DNA from: Steroidobacteraceae bacterium
GTDB lineage: Bacteria > Pseudomonadota > Gammaproteobacteria > Steroidobacterales > Steroidobacteraceae
Assembly: GCA_036008385.1 (NCBI GenBank)
Contig: DASYNX010000082.1
Location: 15,867 to 79,866 of the forward strand
DNA length: 64,000 nucleotides
Direction: 5' to 3'
Made by a program: the position numbers and the translations under genes. Below the pieces are notes generated by a model. It made no database searches. It saw only the letters and a list, made by a program, of their open reading frames with translations, and was not told where the DNA came from. Below, piece after piece: positions 22,576 to 32,983 of this stretch; the stretch's first letter is position 1; each line of letters begins with the position of its first letter.

Positions 22576-24378
22576 TTAGCCGCCGCGCAGCTCACGGTGG
22601 CTGAGTCTCTCTATAAGCCTCTGAAATTCCTCAATTTCCGCGGCCGCCAGGCTGCCTGCCCGACTTTTGGCCTCGAGGGCCTCCAGACGCCGTCCGGCCG
22701 CCTGGTCGGCCAGCTTGACGAGCGCGGCCCGCAGCTCGCCCACCGCTGCGGACGCTTCCGTAATGACCTCCTCGCGCTCGAGGAGTTTCTGCAGCGCAGC
22801 GCCGCCCTCGCGGCCCGAGAAGCGCTCGATGACCTGGGCGGCAATCTGCGCGGGCTGCTCGCGCAGATTGTCGAGCAGCTCGCGCAACAGCGCGACACCG
22901 GCCTCGTCGCTGGCATCGAGGCCGGCGCGCTCTGGCGCCGTCACCTCGAGCGCGATCGGCGGGTAGTGCAGCAGCCGCACGATCGCCTGGCGCACGAGGC
23001 TGCCGCGTCCGGCGCCGCGTGCCGGACGTGCGGGCCGCCGGACTGGCGCCGGAGCGGCGGTTGGTGCGTCGGCGCGGCCGTGTGTCCACAGCTCCGCCAG
23101 ACGCGCAGGGCTCAGGCCCACGACCCCGGCGAGCCGCTCGAGCAGCAGCTCGCGATAGACCCCCTCGGGGACCTTCGCGAACAGCGGCCGGGCGCTCTCG
23201 GCAAAGCGCGCGCGACCGTCGGCGTGCTTGAGCTCGCTCTGCTCCGAGAGCTCGCGCACCAGGTACTCCGACAGCGGCACGGCGCCGGCGAGGCGCTGCT
23301 CGAACCCGGCGCGTCCCTCGGCCGCCACCAACGTGTCCGGATCGTGACCCTCGGGCAGGAACAGGAAGCGGATCTCGCGTCCCTCGCGCGCTTCGGGCAG
23401 CGCCTGCTGCAACGCGCGCCACGCGGCCGCCCGCCCGGCGCGATCGCCGTCGAAGGCGAACACCACCGCCGGCACCAGCCGGAAGATGCGCCGGAAGTGC
23501 TCGGCCGTGGTGGCGGTGCCGAGGGTCGCCACGGTGTAATCGACGCCCTCCTGATGCAGCCGCACAGTGTCCATGTAGCCTTCGACGACGACGAGGCGCG
23601 TCAGGTTGGACCGGGCGCGCCGCGTCTCGTACAGGCCGTAGAGCTCCCGGCCCTTGTGAAACAACACCGTCTCCGGCGAGTTGAGGTACTTCGGCTCCCC
23701 GGCTTCGATGACCCGCCCGCCGAAGGCGATTACCCGACCGCGGGTATCGCGGATGGGGAACATGAGGCGGTCGCGGAAGCGATCGTAGTAGCGCTCGCCG
23801 TCGCGCACCGTGCCGCGCTCGCGTTCGACGATGAGGCCGGCGTCGCTCATCAGCCGCCGCTCGGCGTCGCTGCCGCCAAAGCGGCGCAGCAGCTCGTTCC
23901 ACGAGTCCGGTGCATAACCGATCGCGAAGCGCTCCACGGTCGCCTCGCTCAGGCCGCGCCGCGCCAGGTACTCCCGGGCACGCGGCGTGCGCGCGAGCTG
24001 TTCGGCGTAGCAGCGGGCGACCCGCGCCATGAGCTCATACAGCGGCTCGTCGCTGCGGCGCGCGCCGGGCGCGACGCCGCCCTCGTGCGGCACCTCCAGG
24101 GCCAAGCGCGTGGCGAGCTCCTCCACGGCCTCGGGGAAGCTCATGTGATCGTGTTCCATGAGAAACCCGATGGCCGTACCGTGCTTGCCGCAGCCGAAGC
24201 AGTGATAGAACTGCTTGTCGGGGCTCACCCAGAATGAAGGAGTCTTCTCGTTGTGGAACGGGCAGCAGGCCTTGTACTCGCGGCCCGACTTCTTCAGCTG
24301 CACGCGCGCGCCGATGATCTCCACGATATCGGCGCGAGCAATGAGCTCATCGATGAAGCTCTGGGGGATGCGTCCCAA
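22576..24378 (-). CDS. dnaG: DNA primase DnaG
   Basis: 600 aa. Zinc finger is CPFHNEKTPSF...CFGCGKHG. TOPRIM domain is VVVEGYMD. Confidence 0.95.
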   Translation of the reverse strand: MGRIPQSFIDELIARADIVEIIGARVQLKKSGREYKACCPFHNEKTPSFWVSPDKQFYHCFGCGKHGTAIGFLMEHDHMSFPEAVEELATRLALEVPHEGGVAPGARRSDEPLYELMARVARCYAEQLARTPRAREYLARRGLSEATVERFAIGYAPDSWNELLRRFGGSDAERRLMSDAGLIVERERGTVRDGERYYDRFRDRLMFPIRDTRGRVIAFGGRVIEAGEPKYLNSPETVLFHKGRELYGLYETRRARSNLTRLVVVEGYMDTVRLHQEGVDYTVATLGTATTAEHFRRIFRLVPAVVFAFDGDRAGRAAAWRALQQALPEAREGREIRFLFLPEGHDPDTLVAAEGRAGFEQRLAGAVPLSEYLVRELSEQSELKHADGRARFAESARPLFAKVPEGVYRELLLERLAGVVGLSPARLAELWTHGRADAPTAAPAPVRRPARPARGAGRGSLVRQAIVRLLHYPPIALEVTAPERAGLDASDEAGVALLRELLDNLREQPAQIAAQVIERFSGREGGAALQKLLEREEVITEASAAVGELRAALVKLADQAAGRRLEALEAKSRAGSLAAAEIEEFQRLIERLSHRELRGG

Positions 24379-24400
24379 GTGCCGCGTCCCGTGCAGGAAC

Positions 24401-24844
24401 TCAGCCCAGCTTCTGCCTGATCCGCGCGCTGACCGCGCCCATGTCGGCGCGACCCTGCGCCTTCGGTTTGACGACCGCCATCACCTTGCCCATGTCCTTG
24501 ACGGAGGCGGCGCCGGTGGTGGCGATCGCCGCGACAATCAGCGCATCGATCTCGGCATCGCTCAGCTGCGCGGGCAGGTAGCCCTGCAGCACGGTGATCT
24601 CGGCGGTTTCCTTCGCGACCAGGTCGGCGCGGCCGCCGCTCTGGAACTGGGTGATGGCCTCGCGTCGCTGCCTGATCATCTTGTCGAGGACTGCGAGCAC
24701 CTGGCCGTCATCGAGCGTGATGCGCTCGTCCACCTCGCGCTGCTTGATGGCGGCGAGTGCCAGACGAATGGTGCCGAGCCGCTCCTTGTCGCCGGCCCGC
24801 ATCGCACTCTTCATGTCGTCGGTGATGCGTTCCTTCAGCGCCAT
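24401..24844 (-). CDS. GatB/YqeY-domain protein
   Basis: 147 aa. MALKERITDDMKSAMRAGDKERLGTIRLALAAIKQREVDE is typical of YqeY. Lies between rpsU and dnaG. Confidence 0.9.
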   Translation of the reverse strand: MALKERITDDMKSAMRAGDKERLGTIRLALAAIKQREVDERITLDDGQVLAVLDKMIRQRREAITQFQSGGRADLVAKETAEITVLQGYLPAQLSDAEIDALIVAAIATTGAASVKDMGKVMAVVKPKAQGRADMGAVSARIRQKLG

Positions 24845-24858
24845 GGCGCGCGCCGCCC

Positions 24859-25068
24859 CTAGCGGGAGCTGCGCATGCCGTCGCGGGAGACGCGCTTCAT
24901 GTGGCGCTTGATGGCGGCCGCCTTCTTGCGCTTGCGCTCCTGCGTGGGCTTCTCGTAGAACTCGCGCCGCCGCAGCTCGGTGAGAATGCCGGCCTTCTCG
25001 CAGGCGCGCTTGAAACGCCGCAGGGCGGCATCGAAGTACTCGTTCTCACGCACTCGAACGCTCGGCAT
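24859..25068 (-). CDS. rpsU: 30S ribosomal protein S21
   Basis: [52 protein letters not shown]... Internal Met of ORF 24859..25113. GAGG RBS. Confidence 0.95.
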   Translation of the reverse strand: MPSVRVRENEYFDAALRRFKRACEKAGILTELRRREFYEKPTQERKRKKAAAIKRHMKRVSRDGMRSSR

Positions 25069-25259
25069 CCAAACCTCAAGTCGTTGATCGGAAAGGAGAT
25101 TTAAGACACCCACCCGGCCGTGACAGGTTCAGCGGCCAGTCGGGGGCGGGGGATTCTAAAGGACCCCCGCCGCAAAGGCAAAAGCGCCTCGCCGCTTTGG
25201 GGCCGCGGCGCACATCACTGGCAAGTGCGGCTCGCGCCCTGGATGCTTGAGGCCTGCGG

Positions 25260-25565
25260 TCAGCGGCACTCGCACACGGCGGTCTTCATGCAGGAGGCGC
25301 TGCCACCCGGCCACTCCTCGCCCGTCGTGCACGACGCCTGCTGGTCGCCGCAGCTCACCGAGCAACCGCCGCAGATCCCTTTCGGCAACGACACCGGCGC
25401 ACTGCAGGAGTGGGCCTGAGTGGGCGGCGCGGGGCTGGGGCCGGCGGCCTGGGCCTCGGACGGTGGCTGCTCCCGCGCGACCGCGGCGCAGCCACCGAGC
25501 GACACGACCGCCGAGAGCACAGCCGGGATCAGGGCAACAGCGCAGGCAGGTGCACGGGTTCTCAT
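25260..25565 (-). CDS. small Cys-rich putative lipoprotein
   Basis: Internal Met of ORF 25260..25598. [26 protein letters not shown] carries a lipobox, then a Pro/Ala linker. The last ~50 aa hold nine Cys ([47 protein letters not shown]). No family recognised. Confidence 0.5.
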   Translation of the reverse strand: MRTRAPACAVALIPAVLSAVVSLGGCAAVAREQPPSEAQAAGPSPAPPTQAHSCSAPVSLPKGICGGCSVSCGDQQASCTTGEEWPGGSASCMKTAVCECR

Positions 25566-25654
25566 GCGATCGGGGCTGCGGCTCAAACGGGCCGGCATAT
25601 TACCTCCACCCCCGTCTGCCGGTGCGCGCGTGCGCTTTCAATTACAATTTTTTT

Positions 25655-26674
25655 ATGCGGGTCCTCGCCCTCGAATCCTCCTGTGACGAGAGCGCCGCCG
25701 CGGTGCTCGATGCGCACGCGGGGCTGCTCGCGCACGAGCTGTTCACGCAGGTGGAGCTGCACCGCGCCTACGGGGGCGTGGTGCCCGAGCTCGCCTCGCG
25801 CGACCACGTGCGACGTCTGCTGCCGCTCGCGCGCCGCGCGCTCGAGCGCGCGGCGACGCGCCCGCAGGACCTCCACGGCGTCGCCTACACGGCCGGCCCG
25901 GGGCTCATCGGGGCGCTCCTCACCGGCGCAGCGCTGGCACGCAGCCTCGCGTATGCCTGGGGCGTGCCGGCGATCGGCGTCCATCATCTCGAGGGACATC
26001 TGCTCGTCCCGCTCCTCGAGCCCGAGCCGCCCCCTTTCCCGCACCTCGCGCTGCTGGTCTCCGGCGGCCACACGCTGCTCATCGAGGTCTCCGCCGTCGG
26101 GGCCTACCGCGTGCTGGGCGAGAGCCGCGACGATGCCGCGGGCGAGGCCTTCGACAAGACCGCCAAGCTTCTCGGGCTCGCCTATCCGGGCGGCCCGCAG
26201 CTGGCGCAGCTCGCCGCGCGCGGCGCCGCGGGCGCGTTCACCTTCCCCCGTCCCATGCTGGATCGGCCCGGGCTCGAGTTCAGCTTCTCGGGACTGAAGA
26301 CCGCGGTGCTGCAGGCGCTGCGCGGACGCGAGCTGACCGAGCGGCTGCGCGCCGACGTGGCGCGCGCGGTGCAGGAGGCCATCGTCGCGACCCTGACGGC
26401 GAAAGCGCTGCGGGCGCTCGAGTACACGGGCCTCGGCGCACTGGTGGTGTCCGGGGGTGTCAGCGCCAACCAGTTCCTGCGCGAGCAGCTCACCGCCGCC
26501 GCAGGCGCGCGCGGCGCGCGCGTGTACTATCCGCGCATCGAGTTTTCCACCGACAACGCAGCGATGATCGCCGTGGCGGGACTCAAGCGCCTCGCGGCCG
26601 GGCAGCACGACGGGCTCGCCATCCAGGCGCACGCCCGCTGGCCGCTCGAGTCACTGCCGGCCCTGAACGCATGA
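25655..26674 (+). CDS. tsaD: tRNA N6-adenosine threonylcarbamoyltransferase TsaD
   Basis: [17 protein letters not shown]... and the metal site GVHHLEGHL. Start at the ATG at 25655 within the over-extended ORF 25247..26674. Divergent from rpsU, as in E. coli. Confidence 0.95.
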   Translation: MRVLALESSCDESAAAVLDAHAGLLAHELFTQVELHRAYGGVVPELASRDHVRRLLPLARRALERAATRPQDLHGVAYTAGPGLIGALLTGAALARSLAYAWGVPAIGVHHLEGHLLVPLLEPEPPPFPHLALLVSGGHTLLIEVSAVGAYRVLGESRDDAAGEAFDKTAKLLGLAYPGGPQLAQLAARGAAGAFTFPRPMLDRPGLEFSFSGLKTAVLQALRGRELTERLRADVARAVQEAIVATLTAKALRALEYTGLGALVVSGGVSANQFLREQLTAAAGARGARVYYPRIEFSTDNAAMIAVAGLKRLAAGQHDGLAIQAHARWPLESLPALNA

Positions 26675-27081
26675 GCCACACCCCCGAGCGCGGCGACCGC
26701 ATCTTCCTGCACGGGCTGACCGCCGAGTGCATCATCGGATTCATCGACTGGGAGCGGCGCGTCAAGCAGACGGTCGTGCTCGATCTCGAGATGCCGGTCG
26801 ATTGCCGGGCGGCATCTCGCAGCGACAACGTGGCCGACACGCTCGACTACAAGAAGGTGGCCAAGCGGGTGCTGGCGTTCATCGAGGCTTCCGAGTTCCA
26901 GCTGGTGGAAACGCTGGCGCACCGCATCGCGCTGCTGGTCCTCGAGGAGTTCGCGGTGGAGTGGGTGCGCGTCGCGCTCAACAAGCCCGGTGCGATCCGC
27001 AGCTCCCGCGACGTCGGCGTGGTGCTCGAGCGCACGCGCGCGGACCTCCCGCCCGCGTCCCCCGCCCCCGCGCGGACCTGA
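26671..27081 (+). CDS. folB: dihydroneopterin aldolase FolB
   Basis: 136 aa. [33 protein letters not shown]...[13 protein letters not shown] overlap with tsaD. Confidence 0.88.
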   Translation: MSHTPERGDRIFLHGLTAECIIGFIDWERRVKQTVVLDLEMPVDCRAASRSDNVADTLDYKKVAKRVLAFIEASEFQLVETLAHRIALLVLEEFAVEWVRVALNKPGAIRSSRDVGVVLERTRADLPPASPAPART

Positions 27082-27087
27082 CGCACC

Positions 27088-27570
27088 GTGCCCGCGGTCT
27101 ACGTCGCGGCCGGCAGCAACATCGAGCCCGAGCACAACCTCGCCCGCGCCGTGGCAGAGCTCACGCGCGAGTTCCCCAGCGTGCGCTTCTCGCCCTGGTA
27201 CCGCAACCGCGCCTTCGGATTCGCAGGCGCGGACTTCATCAACCTGGTCGCGGGCTTCGACACCGAGCGGCCGGTAGGCGAGCTGCTCGCAGCGCTGCAC
27301 GCCATCGAGACACTCTGCGGGCGCCCGCGCGCGGCGCCGCGCTGGGCGCCGCGCTCGATGGATCTCGACGTGCTGCTGTACGGCGACCTGGTGTGCGATG
27401 AGCCGGGGCTGAAGCTGCCGCGCCCGGACCTGCTGAAGCGTGCCTACATGCTCGGGCCGCTGGCGCAGCTGGCACCCGCGCTCGTGCACCCGACGGAGAA
27501 GCTGACGATCGCCGAGCTGTGGCGGCGCCTCGATCCGCTCGCGCACCCGCTCGAGCAGGTGCGCCCCTAG
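27088..27570 (+). CDS. folK: 6-hydroxymethyl-7,8-dihydropterin pyrophosphokinase FolK
   Basis: 160 aa. VYVAAGSNIEPEHNL...RWAPRSMDLDVLLYGD...LPRPDLLKRAYMLGPL are HPPK hallmarks. Confidence 0.9.
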   Translation: MPAVYVAAGSNIEPEHNLARAVAELTREFPSVRFSPWYRNRAFGFAGADFINLVAGFDTERPVGELLAALHAIETLCGRPRAAPRWAPRSMDLDVLLYGDLVCDEPGLKLPRPDLLKRAYMLGPLAQLAPALVHPTEKLTIAELWRRLDPLAHPLEQVRP

Positions 27571-27591
27571 GTGCGCGCGGGCCGCCGCGTG

Positions 27592-28368
27592 TTACCAGCC
27601 GATGCTGCGCCCGCCGTCCACGGCGAGAATCTGCCCGGTGACGTACGGCGCCTCGGTGGCGAAGAACAGGCAGACGCGCGCCACGTCCTCGGCCGAGCCG
27701 GCCCGCTTGAGCGCCGTGCGCTGCACGATGCTTTCGCGCAGCGCCGCATCGGGCCCGTCCTCGGGCCACATGACCGGCCCGGGGGCTACCGCGTTCACCC
27801 GCACGTGGGGCCCGAGCTCGCGGGCGAGCGATTTCGTCAGCATGATGAGGCCCGCCTTGGCGACGCTGTACACGGTGTAGCGACGCAGGGGCATCACACC
27901 ATGAATATCCGCCAGATTGATGATGAGCCCGCGCGCCTCGTGCAGCATCGGTGCCGCCGCCTGAGCGAGGAACAGCGGCGCCCGCAGATTGGTGCCGATC
28001 AGATCGTCCCAGTCGATTGGGGTGATGTCACCGAGCGGTGTCGGATAGAACGTCGAGGCGTTGTTCACCAGGATGTCGAGGCCGCCGAAGGCATCGGCCG
28101 CCGCCTTCGCCAGCGCCGGCAGCTGTGCCACCTCGAGCAGGTCGGCGTCGACGGCTCGGGCGGAAGCGGCGCGCGCGGCGTTCAGCTCGCGCGCGAGCGC
28201 CGCGGCATCGTCGGCGGAGCTGCGATAGTGCAGCACCACGTTGGCACCGGCGCCGTGCAGCGTGCGCGCGATGGTGGCACCCACGCGGCGCGCCGCTCCG
28301 GTCACGAGTGCCGTCTTGCCCTTGAGCGCGGCGGGCGGCGTCGCCGGATGCGGGGTGTCGTGCTCCAT
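27592..28368 (-). CDS. pteridine reductase / SDR-family oxidoreductase (FolM-like)
   Basis: 258 aa. TGAARRVG NAD(P)-binding motif, YxxxK (YSVAKAG). Convergent with folBK. Confidence 0.8.
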   Translation of the reverse strand: MEHDTPHPATPPAALKGKTALVTGAARRVGATIARTLHGAGANVVLHYRSSADDAAALARELNAARAASARAVDADLLEVAQLPALAKAAADAFGGLDILVNNASTFYPTPLGDITPIDWDDLIGTNLRAPLFLAQAAAPMLHEARGLIINLADIHGVMPLRRYTVYSVAKAGLIMLTKSLARELGPHVRVNAVAPGPVMWPEDGPDAALRESIVQRTALKRAGSAEDVARVCLFFATEAPYVTGQILAVDGGRSIGW

Positions 28369-28379
28369 GGGCGCCGATT

Positions 28380-29576
28380 ATGACTGCATCCCCGCCGCGC
28401 TCAATCCTGCCGCCGCTCACGCCCGAGGAGCAGCGCCACAGCCGCGCCCTGGCTGCGCTCATCCACGGCGAGCTGCGGGCCGCCGGCGGGTGGCTGTCGT
28501 TCGAGCGCTTCATGGAGCTGGCGTTGTACGCGCCGGGGCTGGGTTACTACAGTGCCGGCAGCACCAAGCTGGGCGCGGGCGGAGACTTTGTCACCGCCCC
28601 CGAGGTGTCCGACCTGTTCGGGCGCTGCCTGGCACGCCAGTGCGCCGCCGTGCTCGCCGTCACCGGCGGGGACATTCTCGAGCTCGGTGCCGGCACCGGG
28701 CGGTTGGCGGCGGCGCTGCTCGGCGAGCTCGCCACGCTGGGTGTGCTGCCCGAGCGCTACGCGATTCTCGAGGTCAGCGCCGATCTCGCGGCGCGCCAGC
28801 GCGCGCGCCTCGCGCAGCTGCCGCCGGCGCTGCGCGAGCGGGTAGTGTGGCTCGAGGGGTTGCCGCAGCGTCCGCTCACAGGCGTCATGCTGGCCAACGA
28901 AGTTGCCGATGCTCTGCCGTGCCGCCGCTTCAGCTGGCGTGCGAGCGGTGTGACGGAGCTCGGCATCGAGGCCGCGGGCTCATCAGGCGAAGCGGTCAGC
29001 TGGTGCGAGCGCGGCCGCAGCGCCGACGCCGCCCTCACGCAGGCGTGCGCGGCGCTGCTCGCGGGATTGCCGGCGCCGCTCCCGCAGGGCTACACCTCGG
29101 AGGTGTGCCTGCGGGTCGCGCCGTGGATCGCATCGCTCAGCGATTGCCTCGGGCGCGGCCTGCTGCTGCTCTGCGACTACGGACTGCCGCGGTCGCACTA
29201 CTATCACCCGCAGCGAGTGAGCGGCACGCTGCGCTGTCATTTCAGACAGCGCGCGCACGCGGACCCATACATCAACGTGGGAGTGCAGGACATCACCGCC
29301 TGGGTGGACTTCACACGGGTCGCGGAAGCCGCCGCGGCGGTTGACCTCGACGTCGGCGGCTTTGCGACCCAGGCGGCGTTTCTGTTGGCGCTCGGCATCG
29401 AGCAGTTGGTGGCCGCCGCGCCGCCCGGTGCCACGCACGCGCGCCTCGCCGGTGAGGCGCGGCGGCTGCTCATGCCGGAGGAAATGGGCGAGGCGTTCAA
29501 GGCGATGGCGCTCACCCGCGGCATCGAGCTGCCGCTCGCGGGCTTTGCGCTTCAGGACCTGCGTCACCTGTTGTAG
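28380..29576 (+). CDS. class I SAM-dependent methyltransferase, MidA/NDUFAF7 (DUF185) family
   Basis: 398 aa. FERFMELALYAPGLGYYSAG...GDFVTAPEVSDLFG...ILELGAGTGRLA. Confidence 0.85.
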   Translation: MTASPPRSILPPLTPEEQRHSRALAALIHGELRAAGGWLSFERFMELALYAPGLGYYSAGSTKLGAGGDFVTAPEVSDLFGRCLARQCAAVLAVTGGDILELGAGTGRLAAALLGELATLGVLPERYAILEVSADLAARQRARLAQLPPALRERVVWLEGLPQRPLTGVMLANEVADALPCRRFSWRASGVTELGIEAAGSSGEAVSWCERGRSADAALTQACAALLAGLPAPLPQGYTSEVCLRVAPWIASLSDCLGRGLLLLCDYGLPRSHYYHPQRVSGTLRCHFRQRAHADPYINVGVQDITAWVDFTRVAEAAAAVDLDVGGFATQAAFLLALGIEQLVAAAPPGATHARLAGEARRLLMPEEMGEAFKAMALTRGIELPLAGFALQDLRHLL

Positions 29577-29706
29577 CCGCGTACACGTGTATGCCGGCGT
29601 GGGTAGCCGGCGCCAGGCGCCACGCGACCCCTGCGGTTAAGATGGCGTGCCCGGCGCGGTCTCGCCCGGCGGCACAACTCCTCACCAGGCTTTGGGATAA
29701 GGGTGA

Positions 29707-30576
29707 ATGTCAGTACTGAAAGTGATCATTCTCGCGATCGTGCAGGGACTGGCCGAGCTGCTGCCGGTGTCGAGCTCGGCTCACGTCGTTGTGGCGGAGA
29801 AGCTGCTGGGACTCGACCCGTCCTCGCCGCCCATGACACTGCTGCTCGTCATGCTCCACACGGGCACCATGGTGGCCGTGATCGTGTATTTCTGGCCGCA
29901 GTGGCGCGGCACCTGGTTTCAGAGCGCCGCGGCCTTCAAGACCGTTGCCGGTCAGGTCGTGATCGCGACAGTCCTCACGGCACTCGTTGGCGAAACGATC
30001 GTGAAGATCATCGAGCGGACGGTGTTACGCGACGTCCCGCATGCGCAGATCGAGGATCTCTTCAGCCACCTCGAGTACATCGCACCCGCCCTGGCTGCCG
30101 TCGGCGTGCTGATCGTGCTGGCGGGGATATTCGAGAGACGGCATCGCGAGCGGACGCCAGCGCTGACGGATGAGCTGACCGCGGGCCGGGCGGGAGTGAT
30201 TGGTGCGGTCCAGGGACTGTGTCTGCCGTTCCGGGGCTTCTCGCGCTCGGGAGCGACCATCTCCACCGGGATGCTGTTGGGAGTGGCCAAGTGGCGCGCG
30301 GAAAGTTTCAGCTTCGCTTTGGCCGTGGTCCTTACTCCACCGGTGGTGGCGCGCGAGGTCATGCGTCTGCTACACGCCGCGCACGCCAACGGCCGCGGCG
30401 ATCTGGCCTCCGCCGCGATGCTGAGTGTGCTCGGCGCGGTGGTGGCGTTGCTCGCGGGCCTGCTCGCGTTGAAGTGGCTCAGCCGCTGGCTGGAGAACGG
30501 CCGCTGGTATCTGTTCGGACTCTATTGCCTGGTGGCCGCCGCGGGCGTCGCCCTGTTGCACCGCGCCGGATATTGA
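29707..30576 (+). CDS. uppP: undecaprenyl-diphosphate phosphatase
   Basis: 289 aa, polytopic. QGLAELLPVSSSAH and SRSGATI motifs. Confidence 0.92.
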   Translation: MSVLKVIILAIVQGLAELLPVSSSAHVVVAEKLLGLDPSSPPMTLLLVMLHTGTMVAVIVYFWPQWRGTWFQSAAAFKTVAGQVVIATVLTALVGETIVKIIERTVLRDVPHAQIEDLFSHLEYIAPALAAVGVLIVLAGIFERRHRERTPALTDELTAGRAGVIGAVQGLCLPFRGFSRSGATISTGMLLGVAKWRAESFSFALAVVLTPPVVAREVMRLLHAAHANGRGDLASAAMLSVLGAVVALLAGLLALKWLSRWLENGRWYLFGLYCLVAAAGVALLHRAGY

Positions 30577-30604
30577 TCCGCCGCGGTCAGGCGTAGCGGC
30601 GACC

Positions 30605-31837
30605 TCAGATCCCGTTCGCCTGCGCCTTGACGGCACCGACGGCGACGAGGCGCCGCCGCCGCAGCTCTTCGCCGATGGCGCGGCCCTCGAGCCCGTGACG
30701 CTGCTCCTCGGACAGCGTGACCGCGGCGGCGGCGCCCAGCGCCCGCCCGAGATACGCGGCCTGCGGATAGGGCTCGTGCTCGCGGCCGGTGCGCCCGCGC
30801 GCATCGGCCTCGCAGGCGAGCAGCAGCTCTGCGAACCGCTCGGGCCGGCGCAGTGCATCGCAATCCTCCAGCAGCGTGAGCAGCGTCGTCGGCTTGAGCT
30901 CCGGCGCGCGGTGCACCAGGGTGTGGTAACGCGACGCGAGGATCGCCAGCTCGCGGTGACCGTTCGGCACCTTGAGACGCGCGCACAGTCCCTCGATCAG
31001 GGGCACACCGGCCTCCTCGTGACCGTGATGACTCGGCCAGCGCTCGCGCGGCGTGCGCGCCTTGCCCAGATCGTGGGTCAGTGCGGCAAAGCGCACCGCG
31101 CCCGAGGCACCGAGCGACGCCGCAAGTCCCACCGCCAGCATGACGTGCACGCCGGTGTCGATCTCCGGATGCCAGCGCGGCGGTTGCGGCACTCCATAGA
31201 GCGCGTCGATCTCCGGGAAGATCACCCCGAGGGCGCCGCAGGCGCGCAGCGTCTCGAAGAACACCTGCGGCTGAGTTTCCGCAAGCGCGCGCTCGGTTTC
31301 CTGCCAGACACGCTCGGGGACCAGTGCGCTCACTTCGCCGGCCGCGGTCATGCGCTGCATCAGCTCGAGCGTCTCCGGCGCGACGCGAAAGCCGAGCGGC
31401 GCGAAGCGCGCCGCAAAGCGCGCCACCCGCAGCACGCGTACCGGATCCTCGACGAAGGCCGGCGACACGTGACGCAGCAGCCGGGCGGCGAGGTCTGCCT
31501 GACCGCCGTAGGGATCGATGATCTCGCCGCTCTCGCTCGCGGCGATCGCGTTGATGGTGAGGTCGCGGCGCCTGAGATCCTCCTCGAGCGTCACCTCCGG
31601 AGAGAACTGCGTGGTGAAGCCACGGTAGCCGGGAGCCACCTTGCGCTCGAGCCGCGCGAGTGCGTACTCCTCGTGCGTCTGCGGATGCAGGAACACCGGA
31701 AACTCGCGGCCGACGCTCTGGTAGCCGGCACGCTCCAGCTCCTGCGGCAGTGCCCCGACCACCACCCAGTCACGCTCGCGCACCGGCAGCCCGAGCAGCT
31801 GGTCCCGTACGGCGCCGCCGACCAAGTAGACTCGCAT
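30605..31837 (-). CDS. cca: multifunctional CCA-adding enzyme (with HD phosphohydrolase domain)
   Basis: [16 protein letters not shown]...RDLTINA. HD domain is HDLGK. Start at 31837 (MRVY, as in E. coli [12 protein letters not shown]) within the longer ORF 30605..32164. Confidence 0.92.
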   Translation of the reverse strand: MRVYLVGGAVRDQLLGLPVRERDWVVVGALPQELERAGYQSVGREFPVFLHPQTHEEYALARLERKVAPGYRGFTTQFSPEVTLEEDLRRRDLTINAIAASESGEIIDPYGGQADLAARLLRHVSPAFVEDPVRVLRVARFAARFAPLGFRVAPETLELMQRMTAAGEVSALVPERVWQETERALAETQPQVFFETLRACGALGVIFPEIDALYGVPQPPRWHPEIDTGVHVMLAVGLAASLGASGAVRFAALTHDLGKARTPRERWPSHHGHEEAGVPLIEGLCARLKVPNGHRELAILASRYHTLVHRAPELKPTTLLTLLEDCDALRRPERFAELLLACEADARGRTGREHEPYPQAAYLGRALGAAAAVTLSEEQRHGLEGRAIGEELRRRRLVAVGAVKAQANGI

Positions 31838-32975
31838 GATGTGCATGTTAACTGAGACGCCTGCGCTGAGTGCGACGCCGGTAGGTGTTGCCGCGCACCG
31901 CCGGCGAGCCGTGCGACTGCGGCGCGGCGCTCGGTTGCCAGCGCTGGTGGCGGCGTGTGCGCTGCTCGCCGGCTGCGGCACGACGTACGTCATGCAGGCC
32001 GCCGGCGGCGAGTGGCGCGTATTGCACGCACGCGAGCCGATCGACCAGGTGATCGCAAATCCGCACACACCGTCCGAGCTGCGCAAGCGACTCGAGCAGG
32101 TGCGTGCCGCGCGCGACTTTGCCTCCACCGAGCTGGGACTGCCCGACAACAACAGCTTCCGCACCTACGCCGACATCGGCCGGCCGTACGTGGTGTGGAA
32201 CGTCGTGGCCACCCCCGAGTTCTCGGTGGAGCCGAGGCGCTGGTGCTTCCCGGTGGCCGGCTGTGTGGACTATCGTGGCTACTTCAGCGAGCGCAAGGCG
32301 CACGACTTCGCCCTCGACCTGGAGGCGCGAGGCTTCGATGTCGCGCTCGGAGGCGTGCCGGCGTACTCGACGCTGGGCAAGTTCGCGGATCCAGTGCTCT
32401 CCAGCATGCTGCGCTATGACGACACCGAGCTGGCGGCAATCATGTTCCACGAGCTGGCGCATCAGCTCCTGTACGTGCGCGATGACTCGGAGTTCAACGA
32501 GGCCTTTGCCACCACCGTGGAAGACGCCGGCCTCGAGCGCTGGCTGGTGCACCAGGGGGAGGCGGCGCGGATCGAGGCCTATCGCCGCGATCAGGCGCAT
32601 GAGCAGGCGTTCGTCGATCTCCTGGTGCGTACCCGCGCGCGGCTCGTGACGCTCTATGCCTCGGGTGTGCCGCGCGCGGACATGCGCGCCGGGAAGGCGG
32701 CGGTGTTCGACGGGCTGGCCGGCGAGCTGCGGGCGCTCGAGCGCCTCCAGGGCGCGAACTATCCGCTCTACGATGAATGGATCGCCGCGGGGCTGAACAA
32801 TGCCGACCTCGCCTCGGTGGCGACCTACTACGACTGCGTGCCGGGCTTCACGCGGTTGCTGCAGCAGGAGGACAACAATCTCGAGCGTCTCTACGCCGCG
32901 GCGCGGGCGCTGGCGAAGCTGCCGCGCGCCGAGCGGCACGCGCGGCTGTGCACGCCGGCGAAGGCGCCCGGGTGA
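31836..32975 (+). CDS. putative aminopeptidase (PF10023/DUF2265 family) lipoprotein
   Basis: 379 aa. Lipobox is [20 protein letters not shown]...[11 protein letters not shown] (HExxH-like) ...[10 protein letters not shown] is typical of this family. Confidence 0.8.
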   Translation: MMCMLTETPALSATPVGVAAHRRRAVRLRRGARLPALVAACALLAGCGTTYVMQAAGGEWRVLHAREPIDQVIANPHTPSELRKRLEQVRAARDFASTELGLPDNNSFRTYADIGRPYVVWNVVATPEFSVEPRRWCFPVAGCVDYRGYFSERKAHDFALDLEARGFDVALGGVPAYSTLGKFADPVLSSMLRYDDTELAAIMFHELAHQLLYVRDDSEFNEAFATTVEDAGLERWLVHQGEAARIEAYRRDQAHEQAFVDLLVRTRARLVTLYASGVPRADMRAGKAAVFDGLAGELRALERLQGANYPLYDEWIAAGLNNADLASVATYYDCVPGFTRLLQQEDNNLERLYAAARALAKLPRAERHARLCTPAKAPG

Positions 32976-32983
32976 GCCGCGAC

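Noticed and set aside
25247-25654. The 136-codon N-terminal extension of the tsaD ORF, and similar overextensions (pilU from 53946; hsp20 to 36491; cca to 32164; the NDUFA9-like gene to 34189).
   Set aside because: The conserved protein N-termini begin at internal starts with an RBS. The extensions are low-complexity and overlap neighbouring genes or promoters.
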